A DNA stretch of 56,986 nt from NCBI GenBank assembly GCA_044345405.1, contig JBIJBE010000022.1:1-56986 (forward strand). Reading direction: 5' to 3'. The translations under genes were made by a program, and so were the position numbers. Shown piece after piece: positions 38,054-47,436 of this stretch (its first letter is position 1; every line of letters starts with the position of its first letter). Origin of the DNA: Bdellovibrionota bacterium. GTDB taxonomy: Bacteria > Bdellovibrionota_C > UBA2361 > OMII01. The notes below the pieces were generated by a model, which saw only the letters and a program-made list of their open reading frames with translations, searched no databases and had not been told where the DNA came from.

Positions 38054-39530
38054 CTCTTGGCTCTCGCTCTACTCCTCCGAAGGGTCGCATTCTCAAGGAG
38101 ATGAAAAACCGTTCAGCAACCTCGTGAGTCGAAAGGAAGCTTTTCGGCTCATGGAGGGAGGGCATCGATTTGACCTCGTCGTCTTTGGATGCGGACTCTC
38201 GGGTGTGGCCGTGGCGCGAGAAGCGGCGCTCGAGGGAGCTCAGGTTCTTGTGATTGAACCGGGATACCCCGGTGACCACGCGTGCGCGTGGCGTGAGAGT
38301 ATCCTGAGAGAGCTCTCACGAGCTCCGTGGGGTCTCGTCAGGGGAACGGGGATCCTGCGGGAGGCCGTGACCTCATTCGCCCCGCACTTGGCTCATGGGC
38401 GAGTGTGTGACCTCTCAAAATTTCATGGGCTTGGAGCTCGGCTCGCCTCACGATCACTGCGCTCGATAGCGAACTCTATCCCTCACTCTGGTCAACCGGC
38501 GGCTCTACCCGATATGGATGAGCGCTTGCTGATTCGCGAGCTTACCCTCGCGGCCCGACAAGAGGGGGTATTTGTCATGGTCGCGACGACCCCAGGTTTT
38601 GTGGAGCGAGATGTTGAAAGTGGCACCTTTCGCGTCGCGGTTCGAGACCTTCTGTCCGATGAGCAGGTGGTGGTTCGTGGTGGTGGGCTCTTTGTCGAAC
38701 CAACATTCTCTCAACCGCTGGCGAGTCGGATCGGCACGCCGATAACCAAGATACTCCCGGTGAGTAGGCCTCATGTGATCATGGTGTGCTCAGTCGAGGG
38801 GAGTGTTGAGGTAGGTCGCTCGCTGCTTCTTGAGCTCCCTGATGAGGGCTTTGGTACGGTGTGTGAATTGCGGCCAGGAATAGTCGAGGTCTCCCTCCTC
38901 GATGCTGGAGCACGGGCTAACCATGACGCCCTTTCGCATCTCGCTCGCTACGTTTGTGAGGTGGCCGGGTATACCATGAGAGGTGAGATTAGTCGTCGGC
39001 GCGCGGGGGCTGTGTATGGTCCAAGCGTGACCGTCGATAATCGCCGCGGGATACTCCTTCCCCACGAATCCGCTCCCTGGAACGTTTTGACGGTGATCAA
39101 GAAAACCCTTGCGTTCGTTGAGAGCGATGGCGTGTCTCGGCGGGTGAGACGTCCCTTGCCGGGAGAGTGGCGTGGTTCCGAGCGGGAGAGCTTCATTCGA
39201 TCGGCTCAGGGCGCTGGTGTCTCTGAGCGCGTTATCAGCGATGTTCTCACGCGATGGCAGGGGCGGGTGCGATATATTCCGGATATGGAGAGAGGGTTTG
39301 AAGCGGTGTGTCCCGGCGTGCTTCGGGGTGAGATCGCGCTCGCGGTAGCGAGTGATCAGGTGATCTCACTTGAGGATCTCATCTTCGGCTCGCTCGCGCT
39401 TCATACGACACCGGGGTGGCGAGATCTCGTGAAGCCTATCGCTGAGGCGTTAGGTGAGACCGGGGCTTTTGATGCGAATGGGCTTGATGTGGAGCGAGTA
39501 ATGCTCGCACAGGGAGATGGCACTTTGTAG
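38046..39530 (+). CDS. Degenerate GlpD (FAD glycerol-3-phosphate dehydrogenase)-like protein
   Basis: Keeps FDLVVFGCGLSGVAVAREAA, APHL, PLPG and the C-terminal EI..AV..LEDL pattern; lacks the GTSSRSSKLIHGGLRY and GGKLTTYR motifs. Confidence 0.7.
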   Translation: MSSSWLSLYSSEGSHSQGDEKPFSNLVSRKEAFRLMEGGHRFDLVVFGCGLSGVAVAREAALEGAQVLVIEPGYPGDHACAWRESILRELSRAPWGLVRGTGILREAVTSFAPHLAHGRVCDLSKFHGLGARLASRSLRSIANSIPHSGQPAALPDMDERLLIRELTLAARQEGVFVMVATTPGFVERDVESGTFRVAVRDLLSDEQVVVRGGGLFVEPTFSQPLASRIGTPITKILPVSRPHVIMVCSVEGSVEVGRSLLLELPDEGFGTVCELRPGIVEVSLLDAGARANHDALSHLARYVCEVAGYTMRGEISRRRAGAVYGPSVTVDNRRGILLPHESAPWNVLTVIKKTLAFVESDGVSRRVRRPLPGEWRGSERESFIRSAQGAGVSERVISDVLTRWQGRVRYIPDMERGFEAVCPGVLRGEIALAVASDQVISLEDLIFGSLALHTTPGWRDLVKPIAEALGETGAFDANGLDVERVMLAQGDGTL

Positions 39531-39545
39531 ACCTTGACGAGCACC

Positions 39546-39607
39546 GTTGACGGTAAAACGTAAATCGTGGGCCGTCGACGGTTACCGTACTACGTCTTAC
39601 GTCAACG
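39546..39607. repeat. Dispersed palindromic repeat between convergent genes
   Basis: CGTTGACGGTAAAACGTA...CCGTCGACGG...TACGTCTTACGTCAACG. Confidence 0.7.
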
Positions 39608-39678
39608 TCATCGTAAGCGAGTTGAGTTCCTTTTTCCCCTCTGCCTTTCTGAAAGCCGCGCTCATGGAGAGCGGCGCG

Positions 39679-42600
39679 CTATCGGGTCCGATACATGTTC
39701 TGGGTTCGGGTGAGCCTGTAGCCGTGCGGCATCTTGAATAGTCGCTCGGGCTGCGCGTTTGGCTTGAGCAGTCGACGGAATACCGTCCGGGTCTCGTTTT
39801 GTGACCAGACGAGTCCGGCTGCCTGCTCGCCATCTTGGTTAGAGAAGTACCCTGTTCCTATCGTGGAGTTCCGGTCGACGTAGAACATCGGGAAGGAGAA
39901 GCTTCCAGCGAGAGATTCCACCCGCACTGGAATGCCCTTCCGGGACTCGCCCTGTACGAGAACTACGAGTGGCACCTCCGTATCAGACCGACGAACGACC
40001 AACCCCCGTGAGAATTCAGTCATACCGGTAAGCATCACGCGGCGCCCCGTGCTGGTGAAGGCGGCTATCGCGTCTGGTCCCTCGGAGGCGGGTACTTTGA
40101 ATAGGATCTCATCGATACCATCGCCATCAGTGTCTCCACAACCAAGGAGATCCCCTTGGCCCACCGGGAGCACCACAGCGCGGGTCTTACCACTGACCCC
40201 TATCTCCCTCGCGTAGAGCTTGCGGGTGTGTCGACGGAAGGACACCGTGGACGCCCTCTCTGATGAAAGGAGCTTGCATCCGCTGAGGATCACATCCCCA
40301 CGAGAGCCTAGCTCGACGGCCGAGGCAAGCCCCGAGCTCGAAGCCCGAACATTCCAGATTAGCTTACCCTCGCGCTCCTGAACCGCGGCGACATCAGTTA
40401 CCCCATCACCGTCGTAATCGGCCGGCACCGCATACCGACCAGCCACCTCGTGCAACGTCCACCGGCCGCTTGATACCCGTCGGGTCTTGTACCTTACAGT
40501 TCCACCGGCTGCCCTTGATACCGTCACCGCCGTGTCACCTGCGCCGGTGAAGTCGAGAGGTGACGAGGAGAGCACCGTGAGCACGAGGGGAGCGGAAGGA
40601 GGGCTACGTACTCCCTCGGAGTCTATCGTCACCGCCGTGATCGAGCGACGTCCGATAGCGAGCGGTGGAAGTTTGAAAGTCCACAACGATTGATCGTTGA
40701 CCTGAGAGGTGCCCACGACAACCTCATCAACGGAGACCTCGATACTATAACCTGGTGAGCCGAAGCCACGAAGTGTGAACGTTTCAGAGCCTACGATCTG
40801 ACCGTTCCCGATAGTACCTCGCTCGGGGAGCAGCGGGGGGGGGACCGTTGATCGAAGCGGTGCCGGTGTGTTGCTTGGCACTGAGGTTGGAATGGCGGTT
40901 GCGGTTGCCGATGGGGTCAAGGTTGGTGTCGCCGTTGGGGTGAAGGTTGGTGTCGCCGTCGGGATAACTTCGCACACGCTTGGGGTTCCCGAGCACGAGT
41001 ACCCGGTCTCTATCAGGCATCCGGCGGAACATCCGTCGTTGCTGGTCATATTCTCATCGTCACAGGTTTCGCCACTGCTCACGAAGCCATCGCCGCACAC
41101 AGGGATAGTGCAGATTGAGGTACAGTTATCACCATCCGCGTTGTTGCCATCATCGCAAGCCTCAAGACGCCCAGTATGGATCTTGCCCGCTGACGCAACC
41201 GCCGCGAACTTTGTTCCGTCAGAGGAGAGGGTTACGGATCGCCAGCTTCTGGTGCTCTCTATCGGTGTCCATGAAGCCCCGCTATCGGTGGACGTGTAGA
41301 TTCGACCGCTGGAGGGCGCCGCGGCCAGTGTCGCTCCGTCAGCTGATGAGGCTATAGTAAGCCATGAGCGATTGGTCTCTCGTGGTGTCCAGGTAACTCC
41401 ACTGTCCGTCGAGGTGTAGATCTGGCCGTTCGAAACAACCGCCGCTAATTTTGTTCCGTCAGCGGAGGAGGTAATCGCACGCCACAGCCTGGCGCTCTCT
41501 CTCGCCGTCCATGTCACTCCACTATCGGTTGAAGTGTAGATCTGTCCGTTCAACACGACCGCCGCCAAGATCGTACCGTCGGAAGAGGAGGTGATAGCAT
41601 ACCAATTTCGCGGGCTCTCTCTCGCTGTCCAGGTCACGCCGCTGTCTGTCGATGTGTAAATCTGACCGCTGACACCCACAACCGCCGCCAACTTTGTTCC
41701 GTCTGCGGAGGAGGTGATAGAGCGCCAGACCCTGGTGGTTTCTCTCGCCGTCCAACTTACGCCGCTGTCTGTTGAGGTGTAGATCTGGCCGCTCGACGCT
41801 ACGGCCGCTAACTTCGTTCCATCTGAGGAGGAGGCGATAGAGAACCAATTTCTTGAACTCTCTCTCGGCGTCCACGTCGCTCCGCTGTCGGTTGAAGTGT
41901 AGATCTGGCCGCTGGTTACCGCCGCCGCTAACTTTGTTCCGTCCGATGAAGAGGTAATGAAGCGCCAGTTTCTATCGCTTTCTCTTGCCGACCATGTGAC
42001 CAGCACAGCCCCATCGCCGCACGTCTCAGCTTGGCAGGCAGCGTTGCAGCCATCCCCTCCGTCTGTGTTTCCATCCTCGCAGGTCTCACTCCCACAGATG
42101 TCTCCATCTCCGCATCCAGTGAGTGAGATGGTAGTGCAGGTCGCCCCGTTACAACCGTCGCATGGATCGCCGTTTCCTCCATCGTCGCACTGCTCACTGG
42201 CGCTGATGTAGCCATCGCCGCAACGGTCACATTCATTATTGCCATTTTGATCTACGCAGCACGCCGATCCTGGGGTGCTACAGATGTAGCCACTCTCAAT
42301 CTGACACGATACTGAACAGCCGTCGCTGCCGTCGGTATTTCCATCATCGCAGCTCTCACCACTGCTGACGTAGCCGTCGCCGCATGTGGGGATGGTGCAG
42401 ACGGAGGTGCAGTTATCTCCATCGGCGGTGTTGCCGTCGTCACAATACTCGCGGAGGCCGGTGTAAATCTTGCCTCCCTGCACCGCGGCCACTCGCTTTG
42501 CGCCGTTCCCGGAGGAGGCGATTGCCCCCCAATTTCGGCTATTTTCCTCGGGAGTCCAGGTAACCCCGCTGTCTGTCGATGAGTAAATTTTGTCACCATA

Positions 42601-45600
42601 CGCAACCGCAGCTAACTTTGTGCCGTCAGAGGAGGAGGTTATTTTGAACCAATTCCTATCGCTCTCTCTATCGGTCCAGGTCGCTCCGCTGTCCGTTGAT
42701 GTATGGATCTTACCGCCCCAGGCAACAGCCGCTAATTTTGTGCCGTCAGCAGAGGAGGCTATGCCGAGCCATAGCCTACTATTCTCTCTGGCCGCCCAGG
42801 TGGCTCCGCTGTCTGTTGATGTGTAGATGTTGCCGTTTTCAACCGCGGCGGCGAGTTTAGTTCCATCGGAGGAGCTGGCAATCGAGCGCCACTTTCGGGC
42901 GCTCTCTCTCGCTGTCCATGTCACTCCGCTGTCGGTCGATGTATAGATTTGACCGTTGAACGCGACTGCCGCGAGCTTGGTGCCGTCGAAGGACGAGGCA
43001 ATCGCGAGCCATCCGCCACTCCCCATTCTTTGTGTCCATGAGACTCCACTGTCTGTTGATGTAGAAATTCCAACGGAGCTATAGTGTGCAACGGCCGCGA
43101 GCTTCGTGCCATCTTCTGACGAGGTTATTGAGTACCAACTCCTTTGGGTTGCTGTCTGCTGTATCCAAGTCGCACCGCTATCGGTCGATGTGTAAATATG
43201 ACCCCCGTTTACACTTGCCGCTAACTTTGTGCCATCGGCGGAGGAGGTAATAGATGACCAATTTCGATTGCTCTCCTGTGCGGTCCATGTCACTTCCACG
43301 GTGCCATTTCCGCATGACTCGGATTGGCACGAAGCGTTACACCCATCTCCTGCGTTTGTGTTGCCGTCGTCGCAATTCTCTCCAGAGTCGACGGTACCGT
43401 TTCCGCACTCAAGTAAACAAGCGCCGTCGCATCCATCCCCCGTGGAGGTATTTCCATCATCACACGTTTCCGCGCCACACACGTATCCATCGCCGCACCC
43501 TTGGATGGGAACGGTAGTGCAGGTGATTCCGTCACAACCGTCACATAGATCGTTGTTTCCGCCATCATCACACTGCTCACCCCCATCGGTGATTCCATTA
43601 CCGCACGGGTCACATGCGTTATCGGCGTTTCTGTCCCAGCAGCACGCGGAACCCGGAGTCGCGCAGTAGTAGCTACTCTCGGTTTGACACGAATTGGAAC
43701 AGCCGTCACTTCCGATGCTGTTCCCATCATCGCAGCTCTCGCCACTGCTCAGGTATCCATCCCCGCAGACGGGGGTCGTACAGATTGAGGTGCAGGTATC
43801 ACCATCGGAGGTGTTGCCATCATCGCATTCGTCCTGGTATCCACCCTCCAATGAGGTGTAAATAGAGCCGTAACTATCAGTGGCGGCGAGCTTCGTCCCA
43901 TCAGAGGACATCGTGATAGCTGACCAATCCCTGACGCTATCTCTTGCTTTCCAAGTGACCCCGCCGTTGGTTGAGATATAGATCTTTTCCATGACGCCTA
44001 CAGCCGCTAGCGTCATGCCGTCCGCTGATGAGGAGATGTTGATCCATCCTCTGGAGCTTTCCCGAGGCGTCCACGTAAGTCCACCGTCTGTGGAGGTATA
44101 CAGCTGGCCACCGTTGACCGCCGCTGCCAACCTCATGCCATCTGAGGAAGAGGCGATGGAGATCCAACTTGCGCTTATTGCTCGTGCATTCCATGTGACG
44201 CCGCTGTCTGTAGATATATAGATATGGCCACCGTAGGCCGTCGCGGCGAGTACCGTTCCATCTGCTGAGCAGGTGATAGAGCTCCAGGATCTGTTCGACT
44301 CCCTCGCTGTCCAGGTATTTCCGCTATCGGTGGAGACATAGATCTGGCCGGCGCCGGCCGTCGCTGCGACAATATCGCCGTTTTGCGATGATGTAATCGA
44401 GCTCCAGTATGCGCTCGGCCCTTGAGCTGTCCACGTAAGCCCACTATCGGTTGAGGTGTAGATGCTACCGTACTGGGTCGCTGCCGCAAGCTTTGTGCCA
44501 TCGGCCGAAGAGGTGATATCGCGCCACTCGGTGGAGGGGCCTCTTACTGTCCATGTGAATCCACCATCCGTGGATGTCACGAGCGTTCCATCTGTTGCAA
44601 CCGCCGCGAGTTTTGAACCGTCAGCGGAAGAGGTGATGGAGGTCCAATCTCTCGTGGTTCCCCTCGCGAACCAACTCGTTGACACTGAGCCGTCCCCGCA
44701 GTAGCCCTGCAGTTCACAGAAGGAGTTACACCCATCGCCATTCGTGGTGCCTCCGTCGTCACACTGTTCACCACCACTCACATACCCATCGCCGCAATAA
44801 TCACATGAGCTATCCTGATTGGCGTCCGGACAGCATCCGAGGCCTGGTGTCGGGCAGTAGTAGCCACCCTCTACTTGGCATGCGTCGCTGCATCCGTCAC
44901 CCGGAGTCACGTTCCCATCATCACAAAGCTCTCCCGCGTCCAGTGCGCCGTTGCCGCAATTGACACCACCCTCTACCTGGCACGAGGGGGAGCAGCCGTC
45001 ACCTGGAAGTACGCTTCCGTCATCACATGTCTCCCCGGTGCCGACGTAGCCATCACCGCAGTAATCGCATTGATTATTAGTATTGAGATCCTCGCAACAC
45101 GCGGACCCCGGGGTCTCGCAGTAGTAGCCACCCTCTACTTGGCATACGTCACTACAGCCGTCACCTGGCGTTGCGTTTCCATCATCGCAGCCCTCTCCCA
45201 TTTGCACCGAGCTATCCCCGCAGTCGCACGCCATGTCACCATTTGAATCAACGCAGCACGGGGAGCCGGGTGTTTGGCAGTGAAAGCCAGACTCTCCTGC
45301 GCACGTATCCGAGCAGCCATCGCCTGAGGTCGCGTTTCCGTCGTCGCATCCCTCTCCAACGCTTAGGTAGCTATCGCCGCAGGCAGGATTGGTACAGATA
45401 GGGGTACAAAAATCTCCATCAGTCGTGTTTCCATCGTCGCATTGCTCCGAGCCCTGAAGGAAGCCATCTCCACACTCAAGTTGACAGGAGGAATTGCAGC
45501 CATCGCTTGATGTTGTATTGCCGTCATCGCAGCTTTCGCCGCTATCAGTGACTCCATCTCCGCACGTTTGCGCATGAGAAGGGGTGGTAAAGAGGAGGAA

Positions 45601-45711
45601 AGAGATCAGGAAAAGGGTGGCGGTGACTAGCCGAGGGACAAGAGCTACCAGCGGGCGATTTTGTCCGTTCGTCCTGCTGGTCTCCGTGCTGTCTGATGAC
45701 CGAGCCCTCAT
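39679..45711 (-). CDS. Giant secreted/surface protein: Myxococcus Cys-rich (DUF4215-like) repeats, three Asp-box/BNR beta-propellers, Pro/Thr linker, Ig-like and FG-GAP-like C-terminus
   Basis: Repeats CGDG..E.CDDGN..GDGC..C and SS.DG.KLAA....G.IYTSTDSG.TW; PTATPT linker; DYDGDG and DTDGDG motifs; signal peptide ending SHA-Q. Confidence 0.9.
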   Translation of the reverse strand: MRARSSDSTETSRTNGQNRPLVALVPRLVTATLFLISFLLFTTPSHAQTCGDGVTDSGESCDDGNTTSSDGCNSSCQLECGDGFLQGSEQCDDGNTTDGDFCTPICTNPACGDSYLSVGEGCDDGNATSGDGCSDTCAGESGFHCQTPGSPCCVDSNGDMACDCGDSSVQMGEGCDDGNATPGDGCSDVCQVEGGYYCETPGSACCEDLNTNNQCDYCGDGYVGTGETCDDGSVLPGDGCSPSCQVEGGVNCGNGALDAGELCDDGNVTPGDGCSDACQVEGGYYCPTPGLGCCPDANQDSSCDYCGDGYVSGGEQCDDGGTTNGDGCNSFCELQGYCGDGSVSTSWFARGTTRDWTSITSSADGSKLAAVATDGTLVTSTDGGFTWTVRGPSTEWRDITSSADGTKLAAATQYGSIYTSTDSGLTWTAQGPSAYWSSITSSQNGDIVAATAGAGQIYVSTDSGNTWTARESNRSWSSITCSADGTVLAATAYGGHIYISTDSGVTWNARAISASWISIASSSDGMRLAAAVNGGQLYTSTDGGLTWTPRESSRGWINISSSADGMTLAAVGVMEKIYISTNGGVTWKARDSVRDWSAITMSSDGTKLAATDSYGSIYTSLEGGYQDECDDGNTSDGDTCTSICTTPVCGDGYLSSGESCDDGNSIGSDGCSNSCQTESSYYCATPGSACCWDRNADNACDPCGNGITDGGEQCDDGGNNDLCDGCDGITCTTVPIQGCGDGYVCGAETCDDGNTSTGDGCDGACLLECGNGTVDSGENCDDGNTNAGDGCNASCQSESCGNGTVEVTWTAQESNRNWSSITSSADGTKLAASVNGGHIYTSTDSGATWIQQTATQRSWYSITSSEDGTKLAAVAHYSSVGISTSTDSGVSWTQRMGSGGWLAIASSFDGTKLAAVAFNGQIYTSTDSGVTWTARESARKWRSIASSSDGTKLAAAVENGNIYTSTDSGATWAARENSRLWLGIASSADGTKLAAVAWGGKIHTSTDSGATWTDRESDRNWFKITSSSDGTKLAAVAYGDKIYSSTDSGVTWTPEENSRNWGAIASSGNGAKRVAAVQGGKIYTGLREYCDDGNTADGDNCTSVCTIPTCGDGYVSSGESCDDGNTDGSDGCSVSCQIESGYICSTPGSACCVDQNGNNECDRCGDGYISASEQCDDGGNGDPCDGCNGATCTTISLTGCGDGDICGSETCEDGNTDGGDGCNAACQAETCGDGAVLVTWSARESDRNWRFITSSSDGTKLAAAVTSGQIYTSTDSGATWTPRESSRNWFSIASSSDGTKLAAVASSGQIYTSTDSGVSWTARETTRVWRSITSSADGTKLAAVVGVSGQIYTSTDSGVTWTARESPRNWYAITSSSDGTILAAVVLNGQIYTSTDSGVTWTARESARLWRAITSSADGTKLAAVVSNGQIYTSTDSGVTWTPRETNRSWLTIASSADGATLAAAPSSGRIYTSTDSGASWTPIESTRSWRSVTLSSDGTKFAAVASAGKIHTGRLEACDDGNNADGDNCTSICTIPVCGDGFVSSGETCDDENMTSNDGCSAGCLIETGYSCSGTPSVCEVIPTATPTFTPTATPTLTPSATATAIPTSVPSNTPAPLRSTVPPPLLPERGTIGNGQIVGSETFTLRGFGSPGYSIEVSVDEVVVGTSQVNDQSLWTFKLPPLAIGRRSITAVTIDSEGVRSPPSAPLVLTVLSSSPLDFTGAGDTAVTVSRAAGGTVRYKTRRVSSGRWTLHEVAGRYAVPADYDGDGVTDVAAVQEREGKLIWNVRASSSGLASAVELGSRGDVILSGCKLLSSERASTVSFRRHTRKLYAREIGVSGKTRAVVLPVGQGDLLGCGDTDGDGIDEILFKVPASEGPDAIAAFTSTGRRVMLTGMTEFSRGLVVRRSDTEVPLVVLVQGESRKGIPVRVESLAGSFSFPMFYVDRNSTIGTGYFSNQDGEQAAGLVWSQNETRTVFRRLLKPNAQPERLFKMPHGYRLTRTQNMYRTR

Positions 45712-45718
45712 GAGAAGT

Positions 45719-45746
45719 ATATCGGCGTGAGATCTCAGTAACTTAA
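45719..45746 (-). promoter_or_regulatory. sigma28-type promoter of the giant surface protein
   Basis: TTAAG-N15-GCCGATAT, with 7 nt between the -10 box and the ATG at 45711. Confidence 0.7.
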
Positions 45747-45990
45747 GCAGTCGGGCGCTTTTTAGGGGTTTTGTAGGTAGCTGTTTTTATTGAGCTAATT
45801 GCCATCAAATCGCCGACACGGCTGGTCTTGTAGTTCGGCGGGGAAACAATAGTTGTTTAGGGGGACGTTTTGGCCCGCTCCCTTTGTTTAATGGCGAACC
45901 CATACGGCTTGGAAAAACAGCTCTGCGCAGGGATCCGCTGGATAGTATGGGGTGGGACAGTTGGCTTCGTTGACGATGACGAACTCCTTC

Positions 45991-46037
45991 GACGGTAAAA
46001 CGTAGACCGTGAACCGTCGCCGGTTCACGGTCTACGT
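45991..46037. repeat. Dispersed palindromic repeat with a perfect 17-bp stem
   Basis: ACGTAGACCGTGAACCG-TCGC-CGGTTCACGGTCTACGT, preceded by GACGGTAAA as in the 39546 copy. Confidence 0.75.
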
Positions 46038-46080
46038 CCCACGTCTACATCCTCGTCTTCGCCCCTTTGCGAAAAACCGC

Positions 46081-47112
46081 CTACGGCTTCAACACAATCT
46101 TCCCAAACTGCTGACCATCCTCAAGCCGCTTGATCATCTTGATACCCTCAGAGAGGGGAGCAATCGTGTCGATCGGAATTCGAATCTTGTGTTGGAAGAT
46201 GAACTCCATCGCTTCCGTAAAATCCGAACGGCTGCCCATCGTCGAACCGATGAGCGAAACCTGCTTCGTAAACAGCAGCCGATTGTCGAAGGAGAGCTCA
46301 TACCCCTTGGTGTTTCCAACGGTCACGATACGACCGCCGCGGGCCACGCTGCGGAGACTTTTCGGGAAGGTCTTGGAACCGACGTTGTCCACGACAACAT
46401 CGACGCCGCGACCCTTTGTAAGTTTAAGGACCTCAGCTGGCCAATCCTGATGGGTGGTGTAGTCGATGACAGATGAAGCCCCGAGCGCCATCGCTTTTTC
46501 AAGTTTGGCAGGGGATGAAGAGAGCGCTATTACGTTTGCGCCCGCGGCTTTGGCGAGGAGTATTGAGAGTGAATTTACTCCACCACCTGATCCTACAACG
46601 AGCACGGTCTCTCCCGGACGGAGGTTCGCTCGCTTGAAGAGCATGCGCCAGCAGGTGAGTCCAACGAGAAGTGGTGCCGCGCCATCCTCAAACGAGACGG
46701 TGTCAGGTAACCGATAGAGGTTCGTCGCGGGAACGCACACGTACTCAGCCATTCCACCCCGAATCTGCTCGCCGAGGATCTTGAATCCTGGGCTCAGGCT
46801 ATCCTCTCCCTTGCGGGTCCACTCATCGTCAGAGGTTATGATTCCTGGATTAACGATGACTCGAGTGCCAGGGACCCATGTGGTTCCAGCCGTGTTGACC
46901 GCAACTATCTCTCCAGCGACGTCGGAGCCGGTGATGTGTGGCATCTCAACGTTCAATCCTTTCCAGCCCCGTCGTACCCAGATGTCGAGATGGTTTAACG
47001 CGACCGCTTTAACACGAACGAGCGCCTCTCCCGGTTTCGGCTCCGGTTGAGGGATGTCAGCGTACTTAAGTTTCTCAATCTCTCCGTGCTGCTCAAAGAA
47101 TATCGCTTTCAT
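46081..47112 (-). CDS. MDR-family (zinc-type alcohol dehydrogenase/quinone oxidoreductase-like) protein
   Basis: ALNHLD, PHITGSDVAG, GSGGGV and FGKIVL motifs. Confidence 0.92.
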   Translation of the reverse strand: MKAIFFEQHGEIEKLKYADIPQPEPKPGEALVRVKAVALNHLDIWVRRGWKGLNVEMPHITGSDVAGEIVAVNTAGTTWVPGTRVIVNPGIITSDDEWTRKGEDSLSPGFKILGEQIRGGMAEYVCVPATNLYRLPDTVSFEDGAAPLLVGLTCWRMLFKRANLRPGETVLVVGSGGGVNSLSILLAKAAGANVIALSSSPAKLEKAMALGASSVIDYTTHQDWPAEVLKLTKGRGVDVVVDNVGSKTFPKSLRSVARGGRIVTVGNTKGYELSFDNRLLFTKQVSLIGSTMGSRSDFTEAMEFIFQHKIRIPIDTIAPLSEGIKMIKRLEDGQQFGKIVLKP

Positions 47113-47254
47113 AGATCTCTTGTAAGATGTTCGTGCGGGAGGAATGCCCTACAGATCACTCGTTCCCTCACTCTTAGATAACCATTCCACCGGTTAAACA
47201 GGCAAGGGGAATCGTTTGGCCATTCATGGGAAGAGGCAAGACTGTCCATCTTAC

Positions 47255-47355
47255 CACGTGAACGTGCTCATGCACCTGAACATAAACGTGCCCGATCTGA
47301 GAGCCTTAAGGTTTTGGGGTACGTTCACGTTTACGCGCACGAGCACGTTCACGTG
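47255..47355. repeat. Long imperfect palindrome with 6-bp periodicity
   Basis: CACGTGAACGTGCTC ... GAGCACGTTCACGTG perfect 15-bp ends; arms built of CGTGAA-like hexamers. Confidence 0.75.
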
Positions 47356-47436
47356 TTTAGGTAACGGGTGAGATTAAAACTCCCAGGGGTGGCCGGCACT
47401 AAGACGGAGGAATAGAGGATTCCTCGACCTTCACCG

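Noticed and set aside
41150-44710. Diversity-generating retroelement acting on propeller repeats
   Set aside because: No reverse transcriptase or template repeat; differences are not adenine-specific.
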